DNA of 64,000 nt from a bacterium (GTDB lineage Bacteria; UBA8248), in contig CBDCRP010000002.1 of NCBI GenBank assembly GCA_965221165.1, positions 1,152,001 to 1,216,000 of the forward strand, given 5' to 3'. Below, piece after piece: positions 20,845-29,124 of this stretch. The translations under genes were made by a program, and so were the position numbers. The notes beneath the pieces were generated by a model. The model was not told the DNA's origin. It worked only from the letters and a program-made list of their open reading frames with translations, and made no database searches. Positions within the stretch are counted from its first letter, which is position 1. Every line of letters begins with the position of its first letter.

Positions 20845-20892
20845 ATGCTCTTCGCCGCCTCGATATCGGCCGTGCTCCGTGTCAATCGGTAG
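20815..20892 (+). pseudogene. Truncated 5' remnant of the outer-membrane barrel gene
   Basis: MPLRAALHRTMLFAASISAVL then similarity ends (~20878) and TAG at 20890-20892. Confidence 0.75.
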
Positions 20893-20919
20893 TGGGGAAC
20901 AAACAACAAACTCACGCAA

Positions 20920-23220
20920 TCACGCACGCGCCTTCAAAAGCGCCATCGCGACTCTATCCGGCGTCAAGGGCAAATTATGGAACCGGACGCCCGTGGCGTC
21001 GTAAACCGCATTGGCGATGGCGGCCGCCGTGGGCACGTTCACCTGCTCGCCGACCCCTTTCGCCCCGTAAGGGCCGTTCGAATAGGAATCCTCCACGATG
21101 ACGGACGCCACCCGGTCCGGCACGTCCTCCACCGTCGGAGCGAGGTAGCCGTGCATGTCGGGGTTTTGCATCAAACCCTCCCGCTGAACGACTTCCTCCA
21201 TCATGCAAAAGCCGATGCCCATGTAGACGCCGCCTTCGATCTGCTGCTCCACGCCCATGGGGCTTATCGCCCGGCCCACGTCGTGCGCGGCCCAAACGCC
21301 GGTGATCTCCACTTCTCCGGTCTCTTCGTCCACCAGCACCTCGGCCACCTGGCTGCCGAACCCATAGACTTCATACGGCTCGCCCAGGCCCGTTTCTGAA
21401 TCAATCTTCGCAGGCGGCGGTATGCTGTCCGCAGCGGCCAATTGCTTGAGTTCATCGGCCACATACGCCTTTGCAATTTCGGGAAGGGTGATCCGGGTTT
21501 CCTCATGTGAGCGCGATTGAACCACGCCGCCTCGCAGTTCCAGATCCTCAGGGTCCACCTCCAGCAGAATTCCGCCCAGGCGCAACAGCTCGGCCCGGGC
21601 CTCCAGCGAAGCGTTGTAGACCGCCTTTCCGCCCTGCATGGTGATTCGCGAACTCGAACTGGTGCCGCCGAACGGATCGATGGCGGTGTCCACGCTCTCC
21701 ATCAAAAACTCCGAATACGGGATATCCAGCGTTTCGGAGGCGATTTGGCACAAGACCGTTTTGCTGCCCTGGCCGAAATCCACGACGCCGGCGGCCACCT
21801 GCACCTTGCCGTCCGCCCTGAGAAAAACATGCGCCTCGGCCGGAGAGTAGGCGTTGCCCGTTCCATACAGACAACTCGCCACCCCGCGCCCGCGCAAGCG
21901 GCCATCTTCGTGTCTTCGGTTTCCATTGCCCTCTCTTCCCCAGGATGAGGCCTCCTCCACCTCTCTCAGCGTATCCAGAAAACCGACGCTCTCGGGCAAA
22001 TGCTGGTTCCAGGCCGTTCGGGAACCGACCCGCAGCCCGTTGATGCGCCTGATCTCGATGGGGTCGATCCCCAAAACCCTGGCGATCTCATCGATTTGCT
22101 GCTCGCCCGCGAAGTGGACCTGGGGACATCCCGGCCCGCGCATCTGGCCTCCATAGGGATGGTTCGTGTGCACGCAGTGCACGTCCACCTTCGCGTTGGG
22201 CACCTGATAGGGACCTGCGGCATGGTAGGTAGCGCGCTTGAACGCGGGCGGATTGTCCCCTCCGTTGGCCGCATACGCTCCCTTGTCCAGCCATACTTCC
22301 ACCTCGACGGCCACGAGGCGTCCGTCTTTCGTCGCTCCCGTTTTGGAGCGAATGAACGTGGCGTGACGCTTCGAGGAGGCGATCATGCTTTCCTCGCGCG
22401 AATACACGAGTTTCACGGGCCTGCCGGCGGCATGGGCGAGAGCTGCGGCGCGCAGGCACACATCGAGACTCGCTTCGCTCTTTCCGCCGAAAGCCCCGCC
22501 CGTTATCGTCTGGACGAAACGAACCGAACCCTCGCCCTTGAGCCCCAGCATCCGGGCGACGTTTTGTCTCACGAGAAAAGGCTGCTGGGTCGAACCCCAG
22601 ATTTGAATCCCGCCGCCGGGGTGCGGACTCGCACAAGCCGCCTCCACCTCGAGATAGAGATGATCGACGGAGGGAGTCGAATATTCACTCTCGACAATCA
22701 CGTCGGCTTTCTCGAAGCCGACGCCGACGTCTCCTTTCCGTATCTTCGCCTGGTTGAGGACGTTTCCACCGGGAAAGAGTTTTTCCGCCCCTCTCTTCAT
22801 CGCCTCGCGCGGATCGGAAACGACGGGCAGGGGGCGGTATTCGACCCTTATCAACCGCATCGCCTCCTCCGCCGCCTCGGGCGTCTCCGCCGCGATGAGT
22901 GCGACCACCTCGCCCATGTAGCGCACCTTGTCGTAGGCGATGACGGGCATGGCCCGCTCGTGGGGAATGATGTGGGGATGATTCGGCAAGTCATCGCCCG
23001 TGAGAACGGCGACGACGCCGGAGACCCGCAGAGCCTCGCGCGCCTCGACGAAAAGTATCTCGGCGTGCGCGTATTCGCTGCGAAGCGCCTTGCCCGTCAA
23101 CATTCCCGGAAGCTGGAGATCGTCAAGGTAATCCGCAGCGCCCGTCGCCTTTTCGGGATCATCCAAAAAGGGTAGAGATTCGCCGATTACGGCGCCGCCC
23201 ATGTCTTTGGCTTCCGCCAT
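20920..23220 (-). CDS. Xanthine dehydrogenase family molybdopterin-binding subunit
   Basis: GGAFGGK, MRGPG, DFGQG, QQIEGG and GAKGVGE motifs; 766 aa. Confidence 0.92.
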   Translation of the reverse strand: MAEAKDMGGAVIGESLPFLDDPEKATGAADYLDDLQLPGMLTGKALRSEYAHAEILFVEAREALRVSGVVAVLTGDDLPNHPHIIPHERAMPVIAYDKVRYMGEVVALIAAETPEAAEEAMRLIRVEYRPLPVVSDPREAMKRGAEKLFPGGNVLNQAKIRKGDVGVGFEKADVIVESEYSTPSVDHLYLEVEAACASPHPGGGIQIWGSTQQPFLVRQNVARMLGLKGEGSVRFVQTITGGAFGGKSEASLDVCLRAAALAHAAGRPVKLVYSREESMIASSKRHATFIRSKTGATKDGRLVAVEVEVWLDKGAYAANGGDNPPAFKRATYHAAGPYQVPNAKVDVHCVHTNHPYGGQMRGPGCPQVHFAGEQQIDEIARVLGIDPIEIRRINGLRVGSRTAWNQHLPESVGFLDTLREVEEASSWGREGNGNRRHEDGRLRGRGVASCLYGTGNAYSPAEAHVFLRADGKVQVAAGVVDFGQGSKTVLCQIASETLDIPYSEFLMESVDTAIDPFGGTSSSSRITMQGGKAVYNASLEARAELLRLGGILLEVDPEDLELRGGVVQSRSHEETRITLPEIAKAYVADELKQLAAADSIPPPAKIDSETGLGEPYEVYGFGSQVAEVLVDEETGEVEITGVWAAHDVGRAISPMGVEQQIEGGVYMGIGFCMMEEVVQREGLMQNPDMHGYLAPTVEDVPDRVASVIVEDSYSNGPYGAKGVGEQVNVPTAAAIANAVYDATGVRFHNLPLTPDRVAMALLKARA

Positions 23221-23279
23221 GCCATACTCCCGGATGAAAAGGTGAATTCGAACAAACCGAAAACGATGAATGAGCCGTC

Positions 23280-23308
23280 AATCTACATGCTCGGGCGGCT
23301 CTTGTCCA
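23280..23308 (-). promoter_or_regulatory. Putative sigma70 promoter for the Mo-subunit gene
   Basis: Minus strand TGGACA-N17-TAGATT about 60 bp upstream of the start. Confidence 0.4.
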
Positions 23309-23830
23309 CGAAATCGGGGGTTCAGCGTCCGAGGCTTTCCCCTCCGATCGTCTGAACTGGATTGGCTCTTTCCGACCGGTCGGGAATGATACATGATGGG
23401 GTAACCCTTAAATGAGGGGCGCACAATCCCTCCCTCCCCGGTCGGGAAACCGCAATCGCTCCTTCATCAGTCGCGATTGACCCCGCATTTGCCGTGGCGG
23501 GATAAGGAGAGAGCGCGGGTATGGTGGCGCGGCGAGCCGCTTCGTTCGGCGTCGGGGGAATATCTAAAAAAAAGTGAAAATAGGGGAAAAATAGGAAAAA
23601 TATCTGAAAATATCCGAAAATTTAACCTTTTGATATATATATGGTTATGCGCAAATTTCCCCCTTTGGAGGCGCTATGGGGGGGCTATCCCCTGCGAAGG
23701 GAAGGCCTTTCGCCGCGAAAAGGGATTTCTGAAAGATATGAGAAAAATTCGATAATTTGACGATGTTTTCCTGAAAATTTTTTCGACCGATTCATGCCTC
23801 ATCACGCGCTCGGGCAGAGGAGTCCAGACG

Positions 23831-24502
23831 ATGGAGAAACAAGAAAATTCGGCGCGTTCGCTTTTCCCTGAATTCCCGCAAGTCGTTGAACTGTTTGCGC
23901 AAGAAACCGGCGGCCTGCCCGAGGAAATATTGGAGAGAGTCAGAGAGGAGAAGAGTTGGGGCTTGTGGTCCATTCGTGATCAGGTGAGCCACATGGCCTC
24001 CCTGCCCTATCGATGGCTGCTGATTCGCTGGGGGGACATCCTCTTCGGCGACCATCTGCCGCGTGACAAAGAATTGCTTGAGAGGTTCGATGGACGAATG
24101 ATGAAAAACGAATATTATCCCCAAGTCCAAGATCTTATCGACGCCATGCGGGATTCGTTCGCCCTCGCCTGGGAGGTGCTTGGCTCGGAATCGCCCGAAT
24201 CGATTCGGGATGAGCGAAAGATTTCCGAGCGCGTGCCACGGGGCATGATACGGCCCGGAACCGGTGAGGATGTCCGCAAATGGCGTGAAAACATCACTCT
24301 CAAGGCGCATCGAAACGGCGTATGGATTGACCCGGACGACACGGAGCTATTTCATTTCAACCTGGAATACACGTTTCGCCACATGCTCTGGGAGGCGTAT
24401 GCACATCTAAAAACAATCCAGATGCACAAAAAAGAGGAAAACATGGAACCGCTCATCCAGGTTCCGCAAGGGGGTTACGTCTCCGTGTTGAGGTGGGACT
24501 GA
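23831..24502 (+). CDS. DinB/YfiT-like helical-bundle protein
   Basis: WSIRDQVSHMA and RHMLWEAYAHL His pattern resembling the DinB superfamily; RBS GAGGAG. Confidence 0.6.
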   Translation: MEKQENSARSLFPEFPQVVELFAQETGGLPEEILERVREEKSWGLWSIRDQVSHMASLPYRWLLIRWGDILFGDHLPRDKELLERFDGRMMKNEYYPQVQDLIDAMRDSFALAWEVLGSESPESIRDERKISERVPRGMIRPGTGEDVRKWRENITLKAHRNGVWIDPDDTELFHFNLEYTFRHMLWEAYAHLKTIQMHKKEENMEPLIQVPQGGYVSVLRWD

Positions 24503-24568
24503 TACCCATATAAATCATAATTTACGAGAATAAACCATTTTCGTCCAAACCTTGGGAGACAAACAAAC

Positions 24569-25138
24569 ATGGTGGAAAGTCCAAATTACCCCTGGCATGA
24601 GAGCACCGTGCCTGGCGAGAGACCGATCGATAAACCCGAGCTTCCGAAAGACGGTTATGAAATCACCATGCTCGCAAAGACGGAGACGATGGACGATGGA
24701 CAACTGAAAATCGGGCGATTCCGGCATTTTGAAGTTTTTAGCGACGAACCGCCCCGCATCGGAGGAGAGGACAGGTATCCGCAACCTCTCACATACATCG
24801 CCATGGGGGTTGGTTTCTGACTGTTGACCCAGCTTGGGCGGTACGCCCATATGACGAAAACTACTTTCGAGAAAGCCACCTGCCTCGTCGAATTCGATTA
24901 TTTTCTGAAAGGCTCCGTTCTCAGGGGCGACGTAAATTCAGGGTGCAGAAGGGTGCGTACACATTTCAAGGTGGAATCGAGCGAACCAAAAGAACAAATC
25001 CTGCATATCATCCAATTGGCGAAACAAGGCTGCTACGCCGAGCAAATGGTTCAAACGGCGGTTCCGCTCACGAGCACTGTTGAACTAAACGGAAAAAATA
25101 TCGAATTGAAGGGGATTACAAATTCAGACAACCGCTAA
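24569..25138 (+). CDS. OsmC/Ohr-family protein with in-frame UGA (probable selenoprotein)
   Basis: ORFs 24569-24820 and 24824-25138 are in one frame joined by TGA-CTG; reads SDEP..GG...P.PL.Y...GF-U-LLTQ ... GCYAEQ, placing UGA at the first catalytic Cys position. Confidence 0.8.
24835..24849 (+). promoter_or_regulatory. Putative bacterial SECIS hairpin
   Basis: TGGGCG-GTA-CGCCCA; loop G is 21 nt after the UGA. Confidence 0.6.
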
Positions 25139-25209
25139 CGGATAGTCCCGCCAGTTGAAGCCGGGACACTGACGCAAACTAATTTATTGACCAAGCCTAT
25201 TCCTCTTGA

Positions 25210-25285
<76 letters not shown>

Positions 25286-25478
25286 AGTATGTGGAACAAT
25301 CCTCAAACAACCAAGGATTGTTCCTTATCGGCCCATTTCCCTGAAAGGCAAGTATTTCCATGCCTTTACCGGAAAGACAGGGATTCTAAAACGCTCTATC
25401 TCGGGCGTCAACATTGAAACGCATTGCGCTCTCGATATCCGGCTTGATGTTGCTGAATCCCCCAATTATTGTAAGAGA

Positions 25479-26492
25479 ATGACGAATAAATCTTCATTCC
25501 CCGTGGGTAAACTTCCGCCGGACGTGCTGGACACTTTACTCAAAAACGCGAATCCTCACCCGCGCCTCATCGTTGGTCCACAGGTTGGAGAAGACGCAGC
25601 CGTTATCGATATGGGAGAGTGTTATCTCGTCGCGAAATCAGACCCTATTACGTTTGTCGAAAACGGCATAGGGCGCTATGCAGTTCACGTGAACGCAAAC
25701 GATATCGCTTGTATGGGCGCTATCCCTCTATGGTTTCTGATGACTCTGCTCCTGCCGGAAGGACGCACCAACGAGGCGATAATAAACCGCATTTGGAAAG
25801 ATGTGGGAGATACTTGCGCCGATTTGGGCATCACCTTATGCGGTGGACATACGGAGATTACATCGGGATTGGAATTTCCGATTCTTTCGGGCCATATGTT
25901 GGGGGAAGTATCCAAGGAGAATTTGATACGAGGCGCGGACGCTTGTACGGATGACTTGATTCTGCTTACGCGCCCCATACCTGTTGAAGGAACTGCGATC
26001 CTGGCGGATGCAAAATACGATTTTCTGAAAAGCATCATGGATATCGAGATACTGGAGAATGCAAAAAGATATCTGGTTTCTCCCGGCATCAGTATAGTGT
26101 CGCAAGCTCTGGCGGCAGCCGGAACAGGCCGCGTGCACGCGATGCACGACCCGACCGAGGGCGGTCTCGCCACAGGAATTCACGAATTGGCGGAAGCCGC
26201 AGGCTTGGGGGCAATCGTGGAGGAGAGTCAAATCCCCATCTCTTTTGAAGGGGAAAAGATTTGCGAAGCATTGGGACTCGACCCCTTGGGCGTCATTACA
26301 TCGGGAGCGCTTTTGTTGGCGGTTCCGGCAGAAGGAGAAGAAATCGTGCGGGAAACGCTCATAGCGACGGGCGCGATGGGTGTTCGTATCGGCAAATTAT
26401 GCCCGCCTGAATCTGGTGTGATGATTCAACGCGGCGGGAAAACCTCTCCGCTTCAACGATTTGATTCCGATGAAATTTCAAAAGCGCTGTGA
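25479..26492 (+). CDS. AIR-synthase/HypE-like family protein
   Basis: GKLPP, GEDAAV, SDPIT, NANDIA, GGHTE and MHDPTEGG motifs; start trimmed to ATG 25479 because the longer ORF overlaps the tRNA. Confidence 0.85.
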   Translation: MTNKSSFPVGKLPPDVLDTLLKNANPHPRLIVGPQVGEDAAVIDMGECYLVAKSDPITFVENGIGRYAVHVNANDIACMGAIPLWFLMTLLLPEGRTNEAIINRIWKDVGDTCADLGITLCGGHTEITSGLEFPILSGHMLGEVSKENLIRGADACTDDLILLTRPIPVEGTAILADAKYDFLKSIMDIEILENAKRYLVSPGISIVSQALAAAGTGRVHAMHDPTEGGLATGIHELAEAAGLGAIVEESQIPISFEGEKICEALGLDPLGVITSGALLLAVPAEGEEIVRETLIATGAMGVRIGKLCPPESGVMIQRGGKTSPLQRFDSDEISKAL

Positions 26493-26502
26493 GGAAGCAA
26501 AT

Positions 26503-27087
26503 ATGAAACGAGCCATGGAGGGTGTGTTGTTGGATTTTGATGGCACACTCACGAAACCCGCCTTTGACTGGCCCACGATGAAAGAGGAGATGGGATTGGT
26601 CGATGGGGACATTTCTATTCTGGATCACCTCCCCACACTCTCTCCCGAACGTGCGCATGAAATATCGAATATCCTTGAAATACATGAACTTAAAGCCGCC
26701 GACATGGCCGAAGCCAACGACGGCGCGCACGAGTTGGTTGCGTATCTGCGAACGAAAAGAATCCCCTTCGGGGTCGTGACGAACAACGCGGAGCGGCATG
26801 TTCTGAAAATGGCGGAAAAAATCAATATCTCGTTCGATGTTCTGATCACCCGGGATATGGGTTATTGGAAGCCGGACCCGAGGCCCCTGCTCGCAGGCGC
26901 CGAGGCAATCGGCGTATCGCCCGAAAAATGCATCGTCATCGGGGACGGCAAATACGATATGATGGCCGCCAAGACGGCCGGAATGTTGTCGGTTCATCTG
27001 TCGGAATATTCCTTCATTCCTAGCGATATGACCCTTCCGTCCTTACTGGAAGCGCCGGCCCTGCTCGAACAACTCCTTGATAAATAA
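26503..27087 (+). CDS. HAD-superfamily hydrolase
   Basis: DFDGTL motif I, VVTNN motif II, KPDP and IGDG.YD motifs. Confidence 0.88.
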   Translation: MKRAMEGVLLDFDGTLTKPAFDWPTMKEEMGLVDGDISILDHLPTLSPERAHEISNILEIHELKAADMAEANDGAHELVAYLRTKRIPFGVVTNNAERHVLKMAEKINISFDVLITRDMGYWKPDPRPLLAGAEAIGVSPEKCIVIGDGKYDMMAAKTAGMLSVHLSEYSFIPSDMTLPSLLEAPALLEQLLDK

Positions 27088-27119
27088 AGACTAGGGGCAC
27101 GCCCCTAAGGACATGCCCC
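27082..27119 (-). terminator. Rho-independent terminator
   Basis: Minus strand GGGGCATGTCC-TTAG-GGGCGTGCCCC (11 bp, complete only with G-U pairs on the minus strand) followed by TAGTCTTTATTT. Confidence 0.6.
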
Positions 27120-27258
27120 ATTTTGGAAGGAATTCGCTCAAAAACAGCGAATCATTCGGCGAGATGTCAGTGAATCAGCATCGGGGGACCCTTCAACTGA
27201 CCACCGGGGAGAAAAGGCTCCTATGCTAAAGGCGCCCATGAGGGCATGAAATTCACAC
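27082..27258 (-). ncRNA. Candidate sigma54-dependent small RNA (~175 nt)
   Basis: Lies between a -24/-12 motif and a minus-strand terminator, with no substantial ORF. Confidence 0.4.
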
Positions 27259-27268
27259 CCTCAAAAGC

Positions 27269-27286
27269 AGCACGAATCATGCCAAA
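27269..27286 (-). promoter_or_regulatory. Putative sigma54 (-24/-12) promoter
   Basis: TTTGGCATGATTCGTGCT with exact GG-N10-GC spacing. Confidence 0.6.
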
Positions 27287-27445
27287 CCAGAGACCTTGCC
27301 GCCTCAAAATCAGCGACTCTCATAACAAAAGGCATATCAGTGAGATATAAGACGCGCTCGGAACGGAAAAGCCAGGAAGAGCGTTCTGGATTCCGGCGCA
27401 CTACGTCATGCTTTGACTATTTTTCGGAAATGTATGGCGTGAATA

Positions 27446-27458
27446 TGACAAAATGTCA
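27446..27458. promoter_or_regulatory. Palindrome, candidate enhancer-binding-protein site
   Basis: TGACA-AAA-TGTCA about 160 bp upstream of the sigma54 motif. Confidence 0.4.
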
Positions 27459-27510
27459 ATCTTAGGCCTAGGTGAATAGCTTTCACAGCTTAAAATAATG
27501 GTAATACTAC

Positions 27511-27551
27511 AAAATCGCCTTCCGAACTCATCCGGAAGGCGAGAGTTTTTT
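27511..27551. terminator. Bidirectional terminator downstream of nuoN
   Basis: TCGCCTTCCG-N8-CGGAAGGCGA flanked by AAAA and TTTTTT. Confidence 0.75.
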
Positions 27552-27587
27552 GTGCTTTTTTTAATAATATACGCGCTTTTTTATTCT

Positions 27588-29090
27588 CTATATGAACCCG
27601 GCGACGGTGCCCTTCGCCGCGTCGAGGAAGCTGCCAGGGAAGATGCCCAGCAGCAGGGTCGCCACCACCAGCACCACCAGCGCGAAGAAAAGCGAAGGCG
27701 CGCTCGAAAGACTCATCACCTCCTGGCTCTCTCCCCTGTTCTCCATGAACATCACCATCATGATGCGCCCGTAGTAGTACATCGAAACCGCGCTCATGAG
27801 GAGCCCGATGGCGGCGAGCCAGTAATACTCGTTCTGCACCGCCGCGGCGAACAGGTAGAGCTTGCCGACGAAACCGGCCGTCGGCGGAATGCCGCCGAGC
27901 GAGAGCAGGAACACCACGAAGGCCATCCCCGCCCAGGGGTGCGCCTGCCCGATTCCCCTCCAGTCCTCGATGTTGTCTCCCCGGTAGCCCTCCCGGCACA
28001 CGAGAACCAACATGCCGAAGGCCCCCAGGTTGGTGAACAGGTAGGCGAGAAGGTAAAAAGTCACCGCGCTGATGCCGATGGAAGTAAACGTCACCTTGCC
28101 GTCCACGACGCTCATGGTGGCCACCACGCCCATCAGCACGTAGCCCGCATGTCCGATGCTCGAGTACGCCAGCATCCTCTTGAGGCTCGTCTGGGCGATG
28201 GCCGCCACGTTTCCCCACACCAGCGTGAACGCCGTGAGCGCCCACAACAAGGTGTTCCACCTATCGGCCATGGCCGGGAACGCCACGAAGAATATCCGCA
28301 TCAGGGCGGCCACGGTCGCGAATTTGACGGCCACGGACATGAAGCCCGTAATCGGGGTCGGAGCGCCCGTGTAGGCGTCGGGCAGCCACATGTGAAAAGG
28401 CGCCATCGCCAGCTTGAACCCAAAACCCGCGACCAGGAGAATCAGGCCGAAAATCATCAACGGGTTCTGCGCGATGGCCGCGCCCCCGGAACCGGAGAAC
28501 GCCGCCGCTATTCCGCGAATCGAGGTCGTTCCGGTGAATCCGTACGTCAGGGCCATGCCGTAGAGGAGAACGCCGGAGGCGAAAGCGCCCATGAGGAAAT
28601 ACTTGAGGCCCGCCTCCCGGCTCAAGGGGTCGTGCCGCATGAACGCCACGAGCACGTAGATGCTGATGCTCATGGTCTCGAGACCCAGATAGACCGTTAT
28701 CAAATCGTTGCCCGATGCCATCACGAGCATGCCGAACACCGAGAAGAGCAGCATGGCGTACAATTCGCCGAAATTGATCTTCTCCACCTTGGCGTATTGA
28801 AGCAGCAGCAGAATGGAAATGGCCGTGCAGAGAAGCACGCACACCTTGACGAACACGCTCAGATTATCGACCACGTAAAAGCCGCTGAACGTCGTTCTCG
28901 CGCCCTCGCCCCATTGCCCGAAGGCGACCAGCCCCAGAATCACGACTCCCACGAACGCCACGACGCCCACGCGCGATTTGTTCTCGATCGACACGAACAG
29001 GTCGAGGATGAGAACCGCACAGACGAGGACGGCCAGTCCTATTTCGGGAGCCGCCAGGGATAAGGCGATATCGGGAATCACCACTTGCAT
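27588..29090 (-). CDS. nuoN: NADH-quinone oxidoreductase subunit N (reduced operon)
   Basis: EAGLKYF, FKLAMAPFHMWLPDAYTGAP, KRMLAYSSIGHAGY. Confidence 0.93.
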   Translation of the reverse strand: MQVVIPDIALSLAAPEIGLAVLVCAVLILDLFVSIENKSRVGVVAFVGVVILGLVAFGQWGEGARTTFSGFYVVDNLSVFVKVCVLLCTAISILLLLQYAKVEKINFGELYAMLLFSVFGMLVMASGNDLITVYLGLETMSISIYVLVAFMRHDPLSREAGLKYFLMGAFASGVLLYGMALTYGFTGTTSIRGIAAAFSGSGGAAIAQNPLMIFGLILLVAGFGFKLAMAPFHMWLPDAYTGAPTPITGFMSVAVKFATVAALMRIFFVAFPAMADRWNTLLWALTAFTLVWGNVAAIAQTSLKRMLAYSSIGHAGYVLMGVVATMSVVDGKVTFTSIGISAVTFYLLAYLFTNLGAFGMLVLVCREGYRGDNIEDWRGIGQAHPWAGMAFVVFLLSLGGIPPTAGFVGKLYLFAAAVQNEYYWLAAIGLLMSAVSMYYYGRIMMVMFMENRGESQEVMSLSSAPSLFFALVVLVVATLLLGIFPGSFLDAAKGTVAGFI

Positions 29091-29124
29091 GAGAAAGACT
29101 CCATCAAATCAAGCGAAATCTCGT

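Noticed and set aside
23221-23500. Moco riboswitch or 6S RNA upstream of the Mo-subunit gene
   Set aside because: I could not match the conserved sequence elements of either family by eye; kept only as an unassigned hairpin
24500-24502. Other UGA stops checked as possible Sec codons (24502, 26492, 53512, 53917, 56818)
   Set aside because: The proteins look complete at these points and show no homologous in-frame continuation
25479-26492. AIR-synthase-like gene as selenophosphate synthetase SelD
   Set aside because: Same fold superfamily, but it lacks the N-terminal Cys/Sec-x-x-Lys motif and the DFF motif of SelD
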